In this document: piece by piece, positions 46,807 through 56,979 of the stretch
Layout: every line of letters begins with the position of its first letter
Numbering within the stretch: position 1 is the first letter of the stretch
NCBI GenBank assembly: GCA_024402765.1
Contig: JAKSTC010000004.1
Span: 541 to 64,540, forward strand
DNA length: 64,000 nucleotides
DNA from: Alphaproteobacteria bacterium
Lineage (GTDB): Bacteria; Pseudomonadota; Alphaproteobacteria; Rs-D84
Direction of reading: 5' to 3'
Notes under the pieces: model-generated
What the model was told of the DNA's origin: nothing
The model's database searches: none
The model's input: the letters and a program-made list of their open reading frames with translations, nothing else
Position numbers and translations under genes: made by a program

Positions 46807-48112
46807 AAATATTTTTTATGATCATAAATCCACAGGTAATATGCTGGTTGAATTATTGCTTAGTGTTGCGCTGGCTATGACGGTTATACCATTTGTTTTT
46901 AAATATCAACAAAATGCGATTGTGCGTGCAGAAAATATATCTATTGCCAATCAAATGTCGGATGTTCAGGATGGTTTGGAACGTTATATTTCTGTAAATC
47001 GTGAAAACTTAATGAAGACGGTTGGTCGAAATATTACCCGGGTTGAATTACCTGAATTGGTTGAATACGGATTGGACCCCGAATTTGCAGAGCAACATAA
47101 AGACGAATATCAATTAAGGGTATTAAAATCCCAAGATGTTAATAATAAGGCAATTTTACAGGGTGTGGTTGTTTTATCGTCTGGGGATATTACGCCCCTG
47201 CGGACACGTCAATTGGTAAGTGTGGGTGACAATATGGGCTTTGTTGATGGAACGCGTGCGTATGGGACATTTGGTGCATGGCATGCAGATTCGGTGGATT
47301 TGGGTATAAATGCCGATGATGGTTTAATTCAAATGACGGAAATAAATCGTGATGAAACATTGTATTTATGGCGTATTCCGTCAAATGATAAAGATGATGC
47401 AACAATGTTGTCGTCTTTAAGTTTGGGCGGCCATGATATAACAAATATAAAGTTTTTAGATGTTGCATCATTAAGTATATCTGGGTTTGTAAACGCTACG
47501 AATTTAGTGGCCAGGGATGTTAACTTTGCAACACGAACAACCATAGACAATCAATTTGAAACAGATAGTGCAACCGTATTGGGGGCATTAACATCCGATG
47601 GTAGAAATATGGAAGTTTTGTCCAAAATGTCAATTTCTGATGTTGGAAAATTTTCTAATTTTATTGCAAATGATTTATGGGTATCTAATTTGAATCTGTC
47701 TGGTATTTCAATAATACAACCAGATGATAAACAAGAAGTATGTACAATGCGTATAAACAACCGCCTGGATATGACGTATGGGCGTGTAACGGCGGTAAAT
47801 ACCATTGTTGGATATACGGGGTCTGTAACACCAAAACTAGAAATATATCAGAAAATTCAAGATTCTGTGAATCCAGGTTATTATTGGGATGTATTAGAAT
47901 CTGCCGCTAATTTTGCTGATTTGTCGTTTCCTGATTTGAATACAATGGCGAAAAGAATCGTTGCTTCTGATGGGGCGTTCGGGACCAGTGCGTATAAAAC
48001 TTTTTCGTCTGTGGCGACAAATGATAATGCTACGGTTGGTGATTTCCTTAATGCTTTGTCAGAAATAGAACATAATATCAAAGCAAAATATCAAATGTTG
48101 AATTTGGAATAA
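46793..48112 (+). CDS. Large prepilin-like protein 3 (PilV/shufflon-N-like)
   Basis: STG|NMLVELLLSVAL; AYGTFGAW; YLWR...ATMLSSLSLGGHDI. Confidence 0.75.
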   Translation: MSQNKNIFYDHKSTGNMLVELLLSVALAMTVIPFVFKYQQNAIVRAENISIANQMSDVQDGLERYISVNRENLMKTVGRNITRVELPELVEYGLDPEFAEQHKDEYQLRVLKSQDVNNKAILQGVVVLSSGDITPLRTRQLVSVGDNMGFVDGTRAYGTFGAWHADSVDLGINADDGLIQMTEINRDETLYLWRIPSNDKDDATMLSSLSLGGHDITNIKFLDVASLSISGFVNATNLVARDVNFATRTTIDNQFETDSATVLGALTSDGRNMEVLSKMSISDVGKFSNFIANDLWVSNLNLSGISIIQPDDKQEVCTMRINNRLDMTYGRVTAVNTIVGYTGSVTPKLEIYQKIQDSVNPGYYWDVLESAANFADLSFPDLNTMAKRIVASDGAFGTSAYKTFSSVATNDNATVGDFLNALSEIEHNIKAKYQMLNLE

Positions 48113-48132
48113 AATGTGGTATATATGAAATT

Positions 48133-48639
48133 ATGAAAATAAAATGTGATTTTTGTAAAACAGAATATAATGTTGATAGGGTGCCCGCAACAACTGTGCG
48201 TTGCCCGATATGTGGTCATTGTTGGCTTGTTCAAACACCTGCGCGTAAAAATACTTGGTTGATTTTTATTGCATCTGTTTGTGCGTTACTTGCGGCGATT
48301 GTTTTTACTATTGCGGTTATAAGTCAATATAATGTTATGCAACAAAAAAGACGCCCCCTGATTGCAACAATTACTGCCAGTGAAATTATTAATGATGAAA
48401 ATGGTGTTCCGCATTTTAGGGTGCATGGTACGGTTCGTAATCAATCAGCCGAAATATATGGTGTGCCTGATTTGATAATTGTTGGCTATGATGCACATGG
48501 TGATGTTGTGCTGGAACAAAAGTTTCCACCATCTGGGACATTGATTGATTCTGGGGGGCTGGTGAATTTTACACACGTTTTATCTGGTAACATATCAGGT
48601 GTAAAAGAAATATCCGCAAAATTAGAAGGTGTTAAATAA
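48133..48639 (+). CDS. Zinc-ribbon membrane protein (MJ0042 finger + DUF3426-like)
   Basis: CDFC...CPICGHCW, TM helix, VHGTVRN.S Ig-like domain. Confidence 0.8.
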   Translation: MKIKCDFCKTEYNVDRVPATTVRCPICGHCWLVQTPARKNTWLIFIASVCALLAAIVFTIAVISQYNVMQQKRRPLIATITASEIINDENGVPHFRVHGTVRNQSAEIYGVPDLIIVGYDAHGDVVLEQKFPPSGTLIDSGGLVNFTHVLSGNISGVKEISAKLEGVK

Positions 48640-49097
48640 TGAAAAAAATACTCGCTGTTTTTTGTGCCTTGTTTTTGTCAGGTGTGTCGCATAGTGAAAT
48701 CTTGGGACCGCGTATTAGTTTGTTTTCAACAACGGTTGATTGGGCGGCAATTACAGGCTTGTCATTACATCAATACACTGGTTCGTTTGTTGGAAAAAAT
48801 AGCGATTTGGTGAAAAAGGGAATTGTTTTGTATTACCTTGATGCTTTCCCTTGTTATGGCGAAGCTGATAGCGTTCGTGTTTGGATTTCACCCAAGGGTG
48901 AGGTGGTTGGCAATTTAAGATTGGTTTGTATACATGAACCCACAGAAGTCAAATTCGCGTGGAATAATGAAAAGCAAGATGCAATTCAATCTGTAACAAC
49001 GGGTTTGTTAACATGCCCTGTGCGTGTAAATGGGGGCGATTTTAGTGTAGATTTATCAAAATGCACACGTGGCACAGATTGGCAGGAATATAAATAG
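48639..49097 (+). CDS. Hypothetical exported protein
   Basis: Signal peptide; coupled start (TAATG). Confidence 0.7.
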   Translation: MKKILAVFCALFLSGVSHSEILGPRISLFSTTVDWAAITGLSLHQYTGSFVGKNSDLVKKGIVLYYLDAFPCYGEADSVRVWISPKGEVVGNLRLVCIHEPTEVKFAWNNEKQDAIQSVTTGLLTCPVRVNGGDFSVDLSKCTRGTDWQEYK

Positions 49098-49105
49098 GCT
49101 TGGTT

Positions 49106-50056
49106 ATGCAACGTGAATTTTGTGTGGCTGACACATATGTTGGTAAAAGATTAGATAAATATCTGGCTATACAGATGCCAGAATTTTCACGCAGTGAAAT
49201 ACAACATTTTACAATTTTGCATAATGGAATAAAACCAAAATTGTCTGAAAAAGTGCGCAATGGTGATGTTTATATTGTTGAAATTCCAGATGTAAAATCA
49301 GAATCTGCGATTGATAATATTTCAACTGATTTTGATTTAGACATTTTATATGAAGACGATGATATTGTTGTGATAAACAAACCACGTGGTGTTGTTATGT
49401 ATCCATCGGCCGGAAATAAAACAGGAACACTTGTTCAGAATCTGTTGGCATATACACATTTGTCGGCATTGGGTGGCGATATCCGTCCTGGTGTTGTGCA
49501 TCGTTTAGATAAAGATACTAGCGGTGTTATGGTTTTTGCAAAATCTGATGCGGCATATCGTGGGTTGGTAAAAACATTTATGAATCATGATTTGGTGCGA
49601 AAATATATTGCTTTTGCGTGGGGTGTTCCAAATTGGGATGGTGCAACGATAACTGGGAATATTGCACGCTCGTCACGTAATCGTCAGAAAATGACAATGG
49701 TAAAATCAGGCGGAAAACCCGCTACCACAGAAGTAAATACACTTAACGTCTGGACGCGTTCGGGTGTATGTGAATTGCGTTGTAATTTATTAACGGGACG
49801 CACACACCAGATTCGTGTTCATTTATCTGCACATGGTTTTCCAATATTATGTGATGATGTTTATGGCCGCGGCAGGTCGCGTCTGGAATCTGTTAAAAAT
49901 CAAGAGTTATTAGAATTCTTAAAAACGCATCATGGTCAAATGTTACACGCAGAGGTGTTAGAGTTTAATCACCCCGTAACGGGCGAAAAAATGAAGTTCA
50001 AGGCACATTTGCCAGATGATATGTTGGAACTTAAATGTATATTAAATGAAGAATAA
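49106..50056 (+). CDS. rluD: RluA-family pseudouridine synthase (RluD-like)
   Basis: RLDKYLA S4 domain, RPGVVHRLDKDTSG, TGRTHQIRVH, QMLHA. Confidence 0.88.
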   Translation: MQREFCVADTYVGKRLDKYLAIQMPEFSRSEIQHFTILHNGIKPKLSEKVRNGDVYIVEIPDVKSESAIDNISTDFDLDILYEDDDIVVINKPRGVVMYPSAGNKTGTLVQNLLAYTHLSALGGDIRPGVVHRLDKDTSGVMVFAKSDAAYRGLVKTFMNHDLVRKYIAFAWGVPNWDGATITGNIARSSRNRQKMTMVKSGGKPATTEVNTLNVWTRSGVCELRCNLLTGRTHQIRVHLSAHGFPILCDDVYGRGRSRLESVKNQELLEFLKTHHGQMLHAEVLEFNHPVTGEKMKFKAHLPDDMLELKCILNEE

Positions 50057-50083
50057 AAAAAACACCCAAACGGGTGTTTTTTT
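50055..50083. terminator. Bidirectional terminator
   Basis: A tract-cacccaaacgggtg-T tract. Confidence 0.8.
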
Positions 50084-50100
50084 ACAAGACCTCTAATCTT

Positions 50101-50769
50101 TTAGAAACCTTTTGGTGTTGACATTTTAACAGAAGACACCTTCTTGTTTAATGCGTTAACAACTTCGTCAGTAATGTCTAGATTTTTAACCTTGGCATTT
50201 GTACGTGCAAAACGACCATCAATTACCAAAGACAAATTTTTCTTTTTGATAATACCTTCGATTACAGGATCCAAATGTTTTGTCTGAATTTCGGACAATG
50301 CTTTTTGATATGATGTTTCAATGCTCTGTGCACGTTCCGCCAATTCGCGTTGCAAATCATTCACGCGGTTTTGATAGTCAACAACACGACGTTGCAATGC
50401 ATCACGTGATAACACATCCTGTGATTTTTCAATTTCTGCCTTTTCTTTTTCCAGTTTCTTTTGTTGGCTGGTTAATTCATCACGTAATTTGTTTTCATAA
50501 GATTCGCGTTGTTTACGCAAAGAATCCAATGCCTTTGCCTTGGTCTGGATTGCGTCCATGTGAACAACTGCAATACGTAATGACGCAGCATTTGTTGCAT
50601 CTGCAGATACAGATTCAATCACTTCGCTTACATCAACACTGCGATTTGATAACGCATAAATGCCCCATGAACCCAATGCAGCAACAAGAATAACCACAGC
50701 AGCAATTATCCCAGTTTTAGAATATTTTTGAGCAAATTCATTAATTTTTTCGTTTTTAAATTTTGCCAT
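50101..50769 (-). CDS. skp: OmpH/Skp family chaperone
   Basis: RIAVVHMDAI, long coiled coil, LDITDEVVNALN. Confidence 0.82.
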   Translation of the reverse strand: MAKFKNEKINEFAQKYSKTGIIAAVVILVAALGSWGIYALSNRSVDVSEVIESVSADATNAASLRIAVVHMDAIQTKAKALDSLRKQRESYENKLRDELTSQQKKLEKEKAEIEKSQDVLSRDALQRRVVDYQNRVNDLQRELAERAQSIETSYQKALSEIQTKHLDPVIEGIIKKKNLSLVIDGRFARTNAKVKNLDITDEVVNALNKKVSSVKMSTPKGF

Positions 50770-50836
50770 TTTTTCCATCCTTTTGTTTTTAGTTGATGTC
50801 AGTATAGCAGTATAAACTTCAAAAGTAAAACACAAA

Positions 50837-51508
50837 TTATCGTGCAGGTGCGATTCTGATTTCAATCCTACGATTTGTTAAACGACCAATGTCATCTTGA
50901 CCTGCAATGGGGCGACTGGAACCACGTCCGACAATAAACATACGGGCGGTCAAAATATGGTTTTTACTCATATGAACAGCAACACGTTCTGCCATGTCCA
51001 TTGACAGTCGTTGTGATGCATTTGTATCGCGCATAGAATCTGTATATCCAGCGATTTCAATGTATGTTGCTTCATATTTTTTTAATATTTTTTCAATGGT
51101 TTGTAATGTGTCATCTCCGGTTTCTGATATTTCTGGTGCATCCAAGCGCATAATTGCATCACGAACCAGAATTACTACAACCTCACCCCCGGCACGTTGA
51201 ACAGAAATGCCTGCCTTGCGCAAAGCGTCATACAGTTCTTGTTCAACCTTGGACATATAGGCGATGTTTATCGCATTATCACTCATGTTTTTATCGCCAT
51301 ATTCATATTGTGCATTTTTTATTATTGCATCATCAATCACGTGACCGCCCGCCCCCAGGTATACTGGGCGTTTTGCAGCACGTGACATTTCTGTCATATC
51401 AGTAAAAGATGCCCCATATAAATATTCAGACCATGATAATCTGTCGGGACTAACATACGGTGCGCATGCCCCCACAATTAATGCAAAAAATAAATATAGT
51501 TTTTTCAT
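50837..51508 (-). CDS. OmpA-family lipoprotein
   Basis: Lipobox VGAC; IEIAGYTD...LS...NRRIEI. Confidence 0.82.
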   Translation of the reverse strand: MKKLYLFFALIVGACAPYVSPDRLSWSEYLYGASFTDMTEMSRAAKRPVYLGAGGHVIDDAIIKNAQYEYGDKNMSDNAINIAYMSKVEQELYDALRKAGISVQRAGGEVVVILVRDAIMRLDAPEISETGDDTLQTIEKILKKYEATYIEIAGYTDSMRDTNASQRLSMDMAERVAVHMSKNHILTARMFIVGRGSSRPIAGQDDIGRLTNRRIEIRIAPAR

Positions 51509-51966
51509 TATTCGGAAACAAAAGAAATCTGATTTGTTTTTGATGAAAAACAATGCGATGATTGTTCAGTATTATAACCGTTTACAATTAAATCGGTTGC
51601 CCAGTTTGGCACAGATTGCGCGAAGTAAGCACATTCTCCATTTGTTAAATCAACCAGATTAATAGAAAAAGATTTTTTATCTATGCTTGCAGATACTGAC
51701 CAGTTATCACCACCAATAGGTGCCTTGTTGTTTTGTAATGCGCCTGCCTTGATAAGGTAAGCAATAGATAAACCTTCGTAATTTTCGCGCATTCCCATTA
51801 ATGTTTTTACATCCATTGCAATTTGTTTAATTGTATCCATGGCCAGTATGCGTTGTTGTCTAGTGCGCACAGAATTATACATACCGATTGCGCCAGCTGT
51901 CATGATTGCGCTTACCGCCAATACACCAATAACCTCTATCAAAGACCGTCCAGATTCAAGTTGCAT
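51508..51966 (-). CDS. Type IV pilin (PilS-like)
   Basis: ESG|RSLIEVIGVLAV; YEGLS...; two C-terminal Cys. Confidence 0.85.
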   Translation of the reverse strand: MQLESGRSLIEVIGVLAVSAIMTAGAIGMYNSVRTRQQRILAMDTIKQIAMDVKTLMGMRENYEGLSIAYLIKAGALQNNKAPIGGDNWSVSASIDKKSFSINLVDLTNGECAYFAQSVPNWATDLIVNGYNTEQSSHCFSSKTNQISFVSE

Positions 51967-51980
51967 ATTTCCCTCCTTTT

Positions 51981-53510
51981 TTATTTCGATACATCAACTA
52001 CTTCCGCGTCAGTGAATAAATTCATCGCACTGGCAACCAATGGATCGGCTTCCAATTCTTTTTGTGTATGTTCTGTTTGTGTTTGAACATGACACGATTC
52101 CTTGGCAATTTTTATATCCCATGTTTTTCCGGTATAATTTTCTAACCAAGTTGCAATTTGGTGTGGAAAATCCGCATTGTTACCACGATCAAAATAAGTC
52201 ATCTTACCATCAGAAATTTCACATACTTCTATATTGGATGTGTAATAAGAATACAGCAAAATTTCCTTGGTTGCCTGTAATCCTGTAGCCAAATCTGCAG
52301 TCGTAGAAATAGTTTTATATGTTGATGCTTGCTTTGTAGCGGGTGCCTGCGCTGGTTTTATCGTTGTCGCCCCAGACTTTATCATATCTGATATAGGTGG
52401 CATATCTGCAATGTGCATCATTCGAACAACCAACATGTCAAAACATTGTTTTTGATTGCCAACCGATTGAATTTCTGAAATAGAAGCAACCATAACCTGC
52501 CATAGACGCGAAAGCGTATTTAATGTAATACGAGAATCAATTTGTGATATTTTTTCGCGTTGGTCTGCGGTATATGGTGATGTACCTGCATCACCAATGC
52601 GCAGGGCGGGATGCATGCGCGTTGCCCAATGTGTCCATTCCATCATATCATTTAGTAACATTGTTAAATCTGTACCGTTGTTATAAATCTCATCTAGTTT
52701 TTCAAGGGCGCTCCCTGTATCCCCAGATAAAATTGTTTCCATAAAATCGACAACTGTACCCCGGTCTGCGCGTTTAAGCATACTTAATACAGCTGCTTCA
52801 TCAACATGACCGCCTGTTTGTGCAATTGCTTGGTCCAATAGTGATAAACCATCACGCACAGAACCGTCCGCCGCACGTGCAATCATTTCGTTTGCAGCAT
52901 CAGATAGTTCTATTTTTTCTTGGGCCGCAATCCATGCAAAATGTTTTTTCAGTGTTTCAACTGGAACACGGACCAAATCAAAACGTTGGCAACGGGATAA
53001 TATCGTAACCGGCACCTTGCGTATTTCGGTTGTGGCCAAAATAAAGATAACGTGTGCAGGTGGTTCTTCGAGTGTTTTAAGCAGCGCATTAAATGCAGCC
53101 GTTGATAACATGTGAACTTCGTCGATAATATAAACCTTGTATCTGCCGTTTGTTGGACGATATTGTGATGCATCCAATATATCACGAATATTATCAACGC
53201 CTGTATGTGATGCCGCGTCAATTTCAATAACATCAATATGTTGCCCCGCTGTAATTGCACGACAATTTTCACACATACCGCATGGGCTTTCGGTTGGGCC
53301 GTCTGATGATAAACAATTCAACGCCTTGGCCAAAATACGTGCGGTACTTGTTTTACCGGTTCCGCGTATTCCGGTAAAAATATACGCATGTGCGATACGT
53401 CCCGTTTTAATTGCAGTTGTCAATGTTTTTACCAAAACATCCTGCCCAATCAGGGACGCAAAATCTTGACTTCTATATTTTCGTGCTAAAACAGTATATT
53501 CGTTGTTCAT
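51981..53510 (-). CDS. dnaX: DNA polymerase III subunit gamma/tau
   Basis: LARKYR, GIRGTGKTS, zinc finger, IIDEVHML, SRCQRF. Confidence 0.97.
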   Translation of the reverse strand: MNNEYTVLARKYRSQDFASLIGQDVLVKTLTTAIKTGRIAHAYIFTGIRGTGKTSTARILAKALNCLSSDGPTESPCGMCENCRAITAGQHIDVIEIDAASHTGVDNIRDILDASQYRPTNGRYKVYIIDEVHMLSTAAFNALLKTLEEPPAHVIFILATTEIRKVPVTILSRCQRFDLVRVPVETLKKHFAWIAAQEKIELSDAANEMIARAADGSVRDGLSLLDQAIAQTGGHVDEAAVLSMLKRADRGTVVDFMETILSGDTGSALEKLDEIYNNGTDLTMLLNDMMEWTHWATRMHPALRIGDAGTSPYTADQREKISQIDSRITLNTLSRLWQVMVASISEIQSVGNQKQCFDMLVVRMMHIADMPPISDMIKSGATTIKPAQAPATKQASTYKTISTTADLATGLQATKEILLYSYYTSNIEVCEISDGKMTYFDRGNNADFPHQIATWLENYTGKTWDIKIAKESCHVQTQTEHTQKELEADPLVASAMNLFTDAEVVDVSK

Positions 53511-53579
53511 TTGAAACTTTCCTTTGCCTTTCAGCATAGCAAAGAATAGCAAAATTTCAATAATAAAATCATTAAAAAA

Positions 53580-53595
53580 GCACCCGTTTGGGTGC
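53580..53595 (-). terminator. Terminator after the SIMPL gene
   Basis: gcaccc-gttt-gggtgc preceded by an A tract (T tract on the minus strand). Confidence 0.7.
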
Positions 53596-53599
53596 CATT

Positions 53600-54325
53600 T
53601 TAATTCAGATAATATTCAATGGTTGAAACAACCCGAACCTTTTTATTTATCTGTTGGGACGCATCTGACATATTTGTTTCATCCCGTGGCAGAATTGAAA
53701 ATACACCCTGGTTTGCCTTGTGTATTTTTCCAACATGACTTTTTGAACTTTTTGCAAATTCAATCGCGGCTTCATGTGCATTTTTTGTCGCTAATTCCAA
53801 CATTTGTGGCTTGATTTCGTTTAAGCCAGTAAATATGTATGATACAGGGAACATATATTCATTATCAAATACAACACCTTGATTAATTAATTCACCTGTT
53901 TTTGCAAATGCTGAAGCAACATCCATTACCTTTTCTGAACGCAAAAACATAGTTTTAGTCAAAATAAAACGTGTATTCACAGGTTCGCTGCGATATGCGT
54001 CCGCCATAACATCGTGTGTTTCCAATTGACCGCTTTCGATTTCAGAATCATCAAAGCCATTTGATTTCAAAAATTCAACAATAGTATTTGTTTGCTTTTC
54101 AATATTGGTTTGTGTGGCAACTAAATCGTTACCTGTTGCAACAAATTTAATTTTCCAGATTGCTAAATCAGATACAACTTCCCTTTCTGCCAATCCCTTT
54201 ACCGTAACAGTATTGTTGTTAAATTTTGAATGGTAATAGTAATACCCCGGGAAAAAGCCGGCCAACAAAATACCAACCGCCATAATCGCAGGAACAATAT
54301 AATTATGATTTGAAGTTTGCTTCAT
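53600..54325 (-). CDS. SIMPL/DUF541 domain protein
   Basis: VTVKGLAEREV..DLAIW, LNEIKPQML..ATKNA, ANQGVFSI, KKVRVVSTIEY. Confidence 0.88.
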   Translation of the reverse strand: MKQTSNHNYIVPAIMAVGILLAGFFPGYYYYHSKFNNNTVTVKGLAEREVVSDLAIWKIKFVATGNDLVATQTNIEKQTNTIVEFLKSNGFDDSEIESGQLETHDVMADAYRSEPVNTRFILTKTMFLRSEKVMDVASAFAKTGELINQGVVFDNEYMFPVSYIFTGLNEIKPQMLELATKNAHEAAIEFAKSSKSHVGKIHKANQGVFSILPRDETNMSDASQQINKKVRVVSTIEYYLN

Positions 54326-54387
54326 TTTATTCCCCCCTTTGCATGCGAACAGTTTACAACAAAGTGGAAAATAAAACAAGTGGCATT

Positions 54388-55134
54388 TTATCTTTGTTTT
54401 TGCCAATTTAATGCATTTTGTATATATTTTCGTGCCAAATCTATATTAAACATGTCATCTTGTTTTAACTTGCCTTCGGCATCAATCCAAATGGGACGTT
54501 TTTTTGCACAAACAACAGAATCGATTTTATCTAAATTATACGCAACATTATCTGGGGATATTCCACCAGCATATCCTTGGAAATGATTTTGAAATACTGG
54601 TTTTTCCCACTCAGATGGTAACACACCACAACCGCCAGATGCATCATATAATACAGAAAATTTTGTTTTTGTTTGACCCAGGTTGCGAACAACATCTTTG
54701 GTTTTATCGTTATATTGCAAAATAAATTCTTGTGTTGGTCTGGCGGATATTAATTCAGACAATTTTTTTATGTTTACATTTTCAGCGGTATCTTTTGGCA
54801 TATTCAATTGTATGCGTTTTACAATCGGATTGCCTTTGTCATCAGTAAAATCGAAAAACTGTTTTATCTCATTCGGTACTTTACCAAAGCGACAAATTTC
54901 ATCACAATATTCGCGATTTATGTGCATTGCTAAATTGATTTTTGATGATTTATCAGTGGTAACCTGTAAAACCAATTCTTGGAACCATGTGTATCGTGGC
55001 ATGTTTGGTGACATTTTAGAAGGATGTGATTGAACTGCAATTTCAACCAATGGTGATATATTTCCCAAATTAATAATATCGTTTACATTATTAAATTCGC
55101 GTGGGTCAGAACATGTAATATATTTTAATTGCAT
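54388..55134 (-). CDS. TIM-barrel, PRAI(TrpF)-like hypothetical protein, paralog 2
   Basis: MQLKYITCSDPRE start; RIQLN; LYDASGGCG; GYAGGISPDNV; WIDAEGKL. Confidence 0.75.
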   Translation of the reverse strand: MQLKYITCSDPREFNNVNDIINLGNISPLVEIAVQSHPSKMSPNMPRYTWFQELVLQVTTDKSSKINLAMHINREYCDEICRFGKVPNEIKQFFDFTDDKGNPIVKRIQLNMPKDTAENVNIKKLSELISARPTQEFILQYNDKTKDVVRNLGQTKTKFSVLYDASGGCGVLPSEWEKPVFQNHFQGYAGGISPDNVAYNLDKIDSVVCAKKRPIWIDAEGKLKQDDMFNIDLARKYIQNALNWQKQR

Positions 55135-55147
55135 AGCATTATCCTTT

Positions 55148-55885
55148 TTATCGTGTCTGTTCAAATTCCAACGCGCCCAAAATATAATTTCTTGCACGAT
55201 TGAAATCCATGTGTCGCGTTCCAGGGGTCATCAGTTTTCCTTCGGCATCTATCCATGTTTCATAGTTTTTAGGTAATTTTTCAGAAATTTTTTTCAAATT
55301 TTGTTCAATGTTTTCGCCATACAAACCACCTGCATATCCTTGGACATGATTTTCGTACACAGGACCGTCCCAGGTGTTTGGACAAATACCACGACCATAA
55401 GAATTATCATATAATAATGAAAACTTAGCACCTATATTGTTCAACTTTTCTATAACATCTTTAGTCCTCACGTTATATGGAAATATAAATTCTCTATCAG
55501 GAAAAGATTGTATAACTTTTGCCAATTTTGGTACGTCTAATGTTTTAACAGTTCTGTCACCAATATTCAATTGTATGCGTTTTATCATTGGACCCTGATT
55601 AGATAGTTTATATGTGTTAAGCCATTGCAATATCTCGGGTGGGATAATGCCAGAACAAATATCATCACACCATTGATAATTTATATGTAGTGCTAAATTA
55701 AACCTGTCGTTTTTTCTTTTTAATATATAATTAAACCATTGATTTCTGGGCATCCCTTCGGACATTGCTGATGGGTGGGCTTGAATTCCAAATTCTACCT
55801 TTGGGGATAGCATACTTAAAAAATATAAGTTTATATAACTTACATTTTCACGTGGATCAGAACAGGTAATATATTTTAATTGCAT
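55148..55885 (-). CDS. TIM-barrel, PRAI(TrpF)-like hypothetical protein, paralog 1
   Basis: MQLKYITCSDPRE; RIQLN; LYDNSYGRG; GYAGGLYGENI; WIDAEGKL. Confidence 0.75.
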   Translation of the reverse strand: MQLKYITCSDPRENVSYINLYFLSMLSPKVEFGIQAHPSAMSEGMPRNQWFNYILKRKNDRFNLALHINYQWCDDICSGIIPPEILQWLNTYKLSNQGPMIKRIQLNIGDRTVKTLDVPKLAKVIQSFPDREFIFPYNVRTKDVIEKLNNIGAKFSLLYDNSYGRGICPNTWDGPVYENHVQGYAGGLYGENIEQNLKKISEKLPKNYETWIDAEGKLMTPGTRHMDFNRARNYILGALEFEQTR

Positions 55886-55887
55886 TT

Positions 55888-56979
55888 TTACAATCCTTTT
55901 TTGTCATTCAATCTCAACTGACCACAGGCAGACCCAATATCGGTTCCGCGTTCCCTCCTAATTCTTGTGTGAATACCGTTTTTAATAAGTATATCCTGAA
56001 ATCGATGAACGGCATTACCAGATGGCGATGCAAAATCACGTTCATCAACAGCATTCCATGGGATTAAATTTACCATACAATTTTTTCCTGTCAATAATTT
56101 TGATAGGGATTCTGCGTGTTCAGGTGTGCAGTTATATAATTCTGTCTCGCCTAAATCATTTTTTTTGCCCAGCAAAATATATTCAATCATTAATTGACGA
56201 TTATGCAAATTGGTAAATTCGTCAGCCGCGTTTAACACTTCGCTAATTTTATACTTGTTGTTTATTGGCATTATTTCACTGCGTAATTCATCGTTTGGGG
56301 CGTGCAGAGATATAGCCAGGTTAATTGGGCGCCCCCATGAAATTAATTCATAAATTCCTGGAACAATACCACATGTTGAAACGGTGATTCTGCGCCAACC
56401 AATATTCATGTCGCGATTTGCACGTTCCATAAACCCAATAACATTTTGTGTATTTTGTAATGGTTCGCCTGTACCCATAACAACAATATGCGACACATCG
56501 TTATTGTTTGGGTCACCATTTGGTGATGTGCCGCCCCCATGTCGCAATTCCCATTGTGCAACCAAGATTTGCGCAAATATTTCATCCGCCGTTAAATTGC
56601 GTTTTAAGCCGAGCAGGGTGCTGGCACAGAATTTACACCCCATTGCGCAACCTGCCTGGGAACTGACGCAAACACTGTTACCATATGATGTTCGCATTAA
56701 TACACATTCAATCTGTTCTTTGTCGTGTAGACCAAGTAAGAATTTTGTTGTTTGTCCGTCAACAGATTCAAGTTTTTTTGTAATTGTTACGGGTAGTGTT
56801 TGTGCTGTTTCATTTAATTTATCACGCAGTGGAGTTGGAATATTTTTCATCACAGAAAAATCAGGTGCGCCGCGTAATAACCAATCACGAATTTGTTTTG
56901 CACGAAATTTTGGTTCGCCTAAATCAATAATGAATTGTTCGAGTTCAGAATCTGTTAAAGAAAATAATATTTGTTTCAT
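55888..56979 (-). CDS. rlmN: 23S rRNA m2A2503 / tRNA m2A37 radical SAM methyltransferase
   Basis: CVSSQAGCAMGCKFC, MGTGEP, ISLHAPND, NLIPWN, ACGQL. Confidence 0.95.
   Translation of the reverse strand: MKQILFSLTDSELEQFIIDLGEPKFRAKQIRDWLLRGAPDFSVMKNIPTPLRDKLNETAQTLPVTITKKLESVDGQTTKFLLGLHDKEQIECVLMRTSYGNSVCVSSQAGCAMGCKFCASTLLGLKRNLTADEIFAQILVAQWELRHGGGTSPNGDPNNNDVSHIVVMGTGEPLQNTQNVIGFMERANRDMNIGWRRITVSTCGIVPGIYELISWGRPINLAISLHAPNDELRSEIMPINNKYKISEVLNAADEFTNLHNRQLMIEYILLGKKNDLGETELYNCTPEHAESLSKLLTGKNCMVNLIPWNAVDERDFASPSGNAVHRFQDILIKNGIHTRIRRERGTDIGSACGQLRLNDKKGL

Noticed and set aside
44259-48112. Shufflon (invertible pilV C-termini)
   Set aside because: All three genes are full length and co-oriented. 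No sfx-like repeats or Rci recombinase are adjacent.
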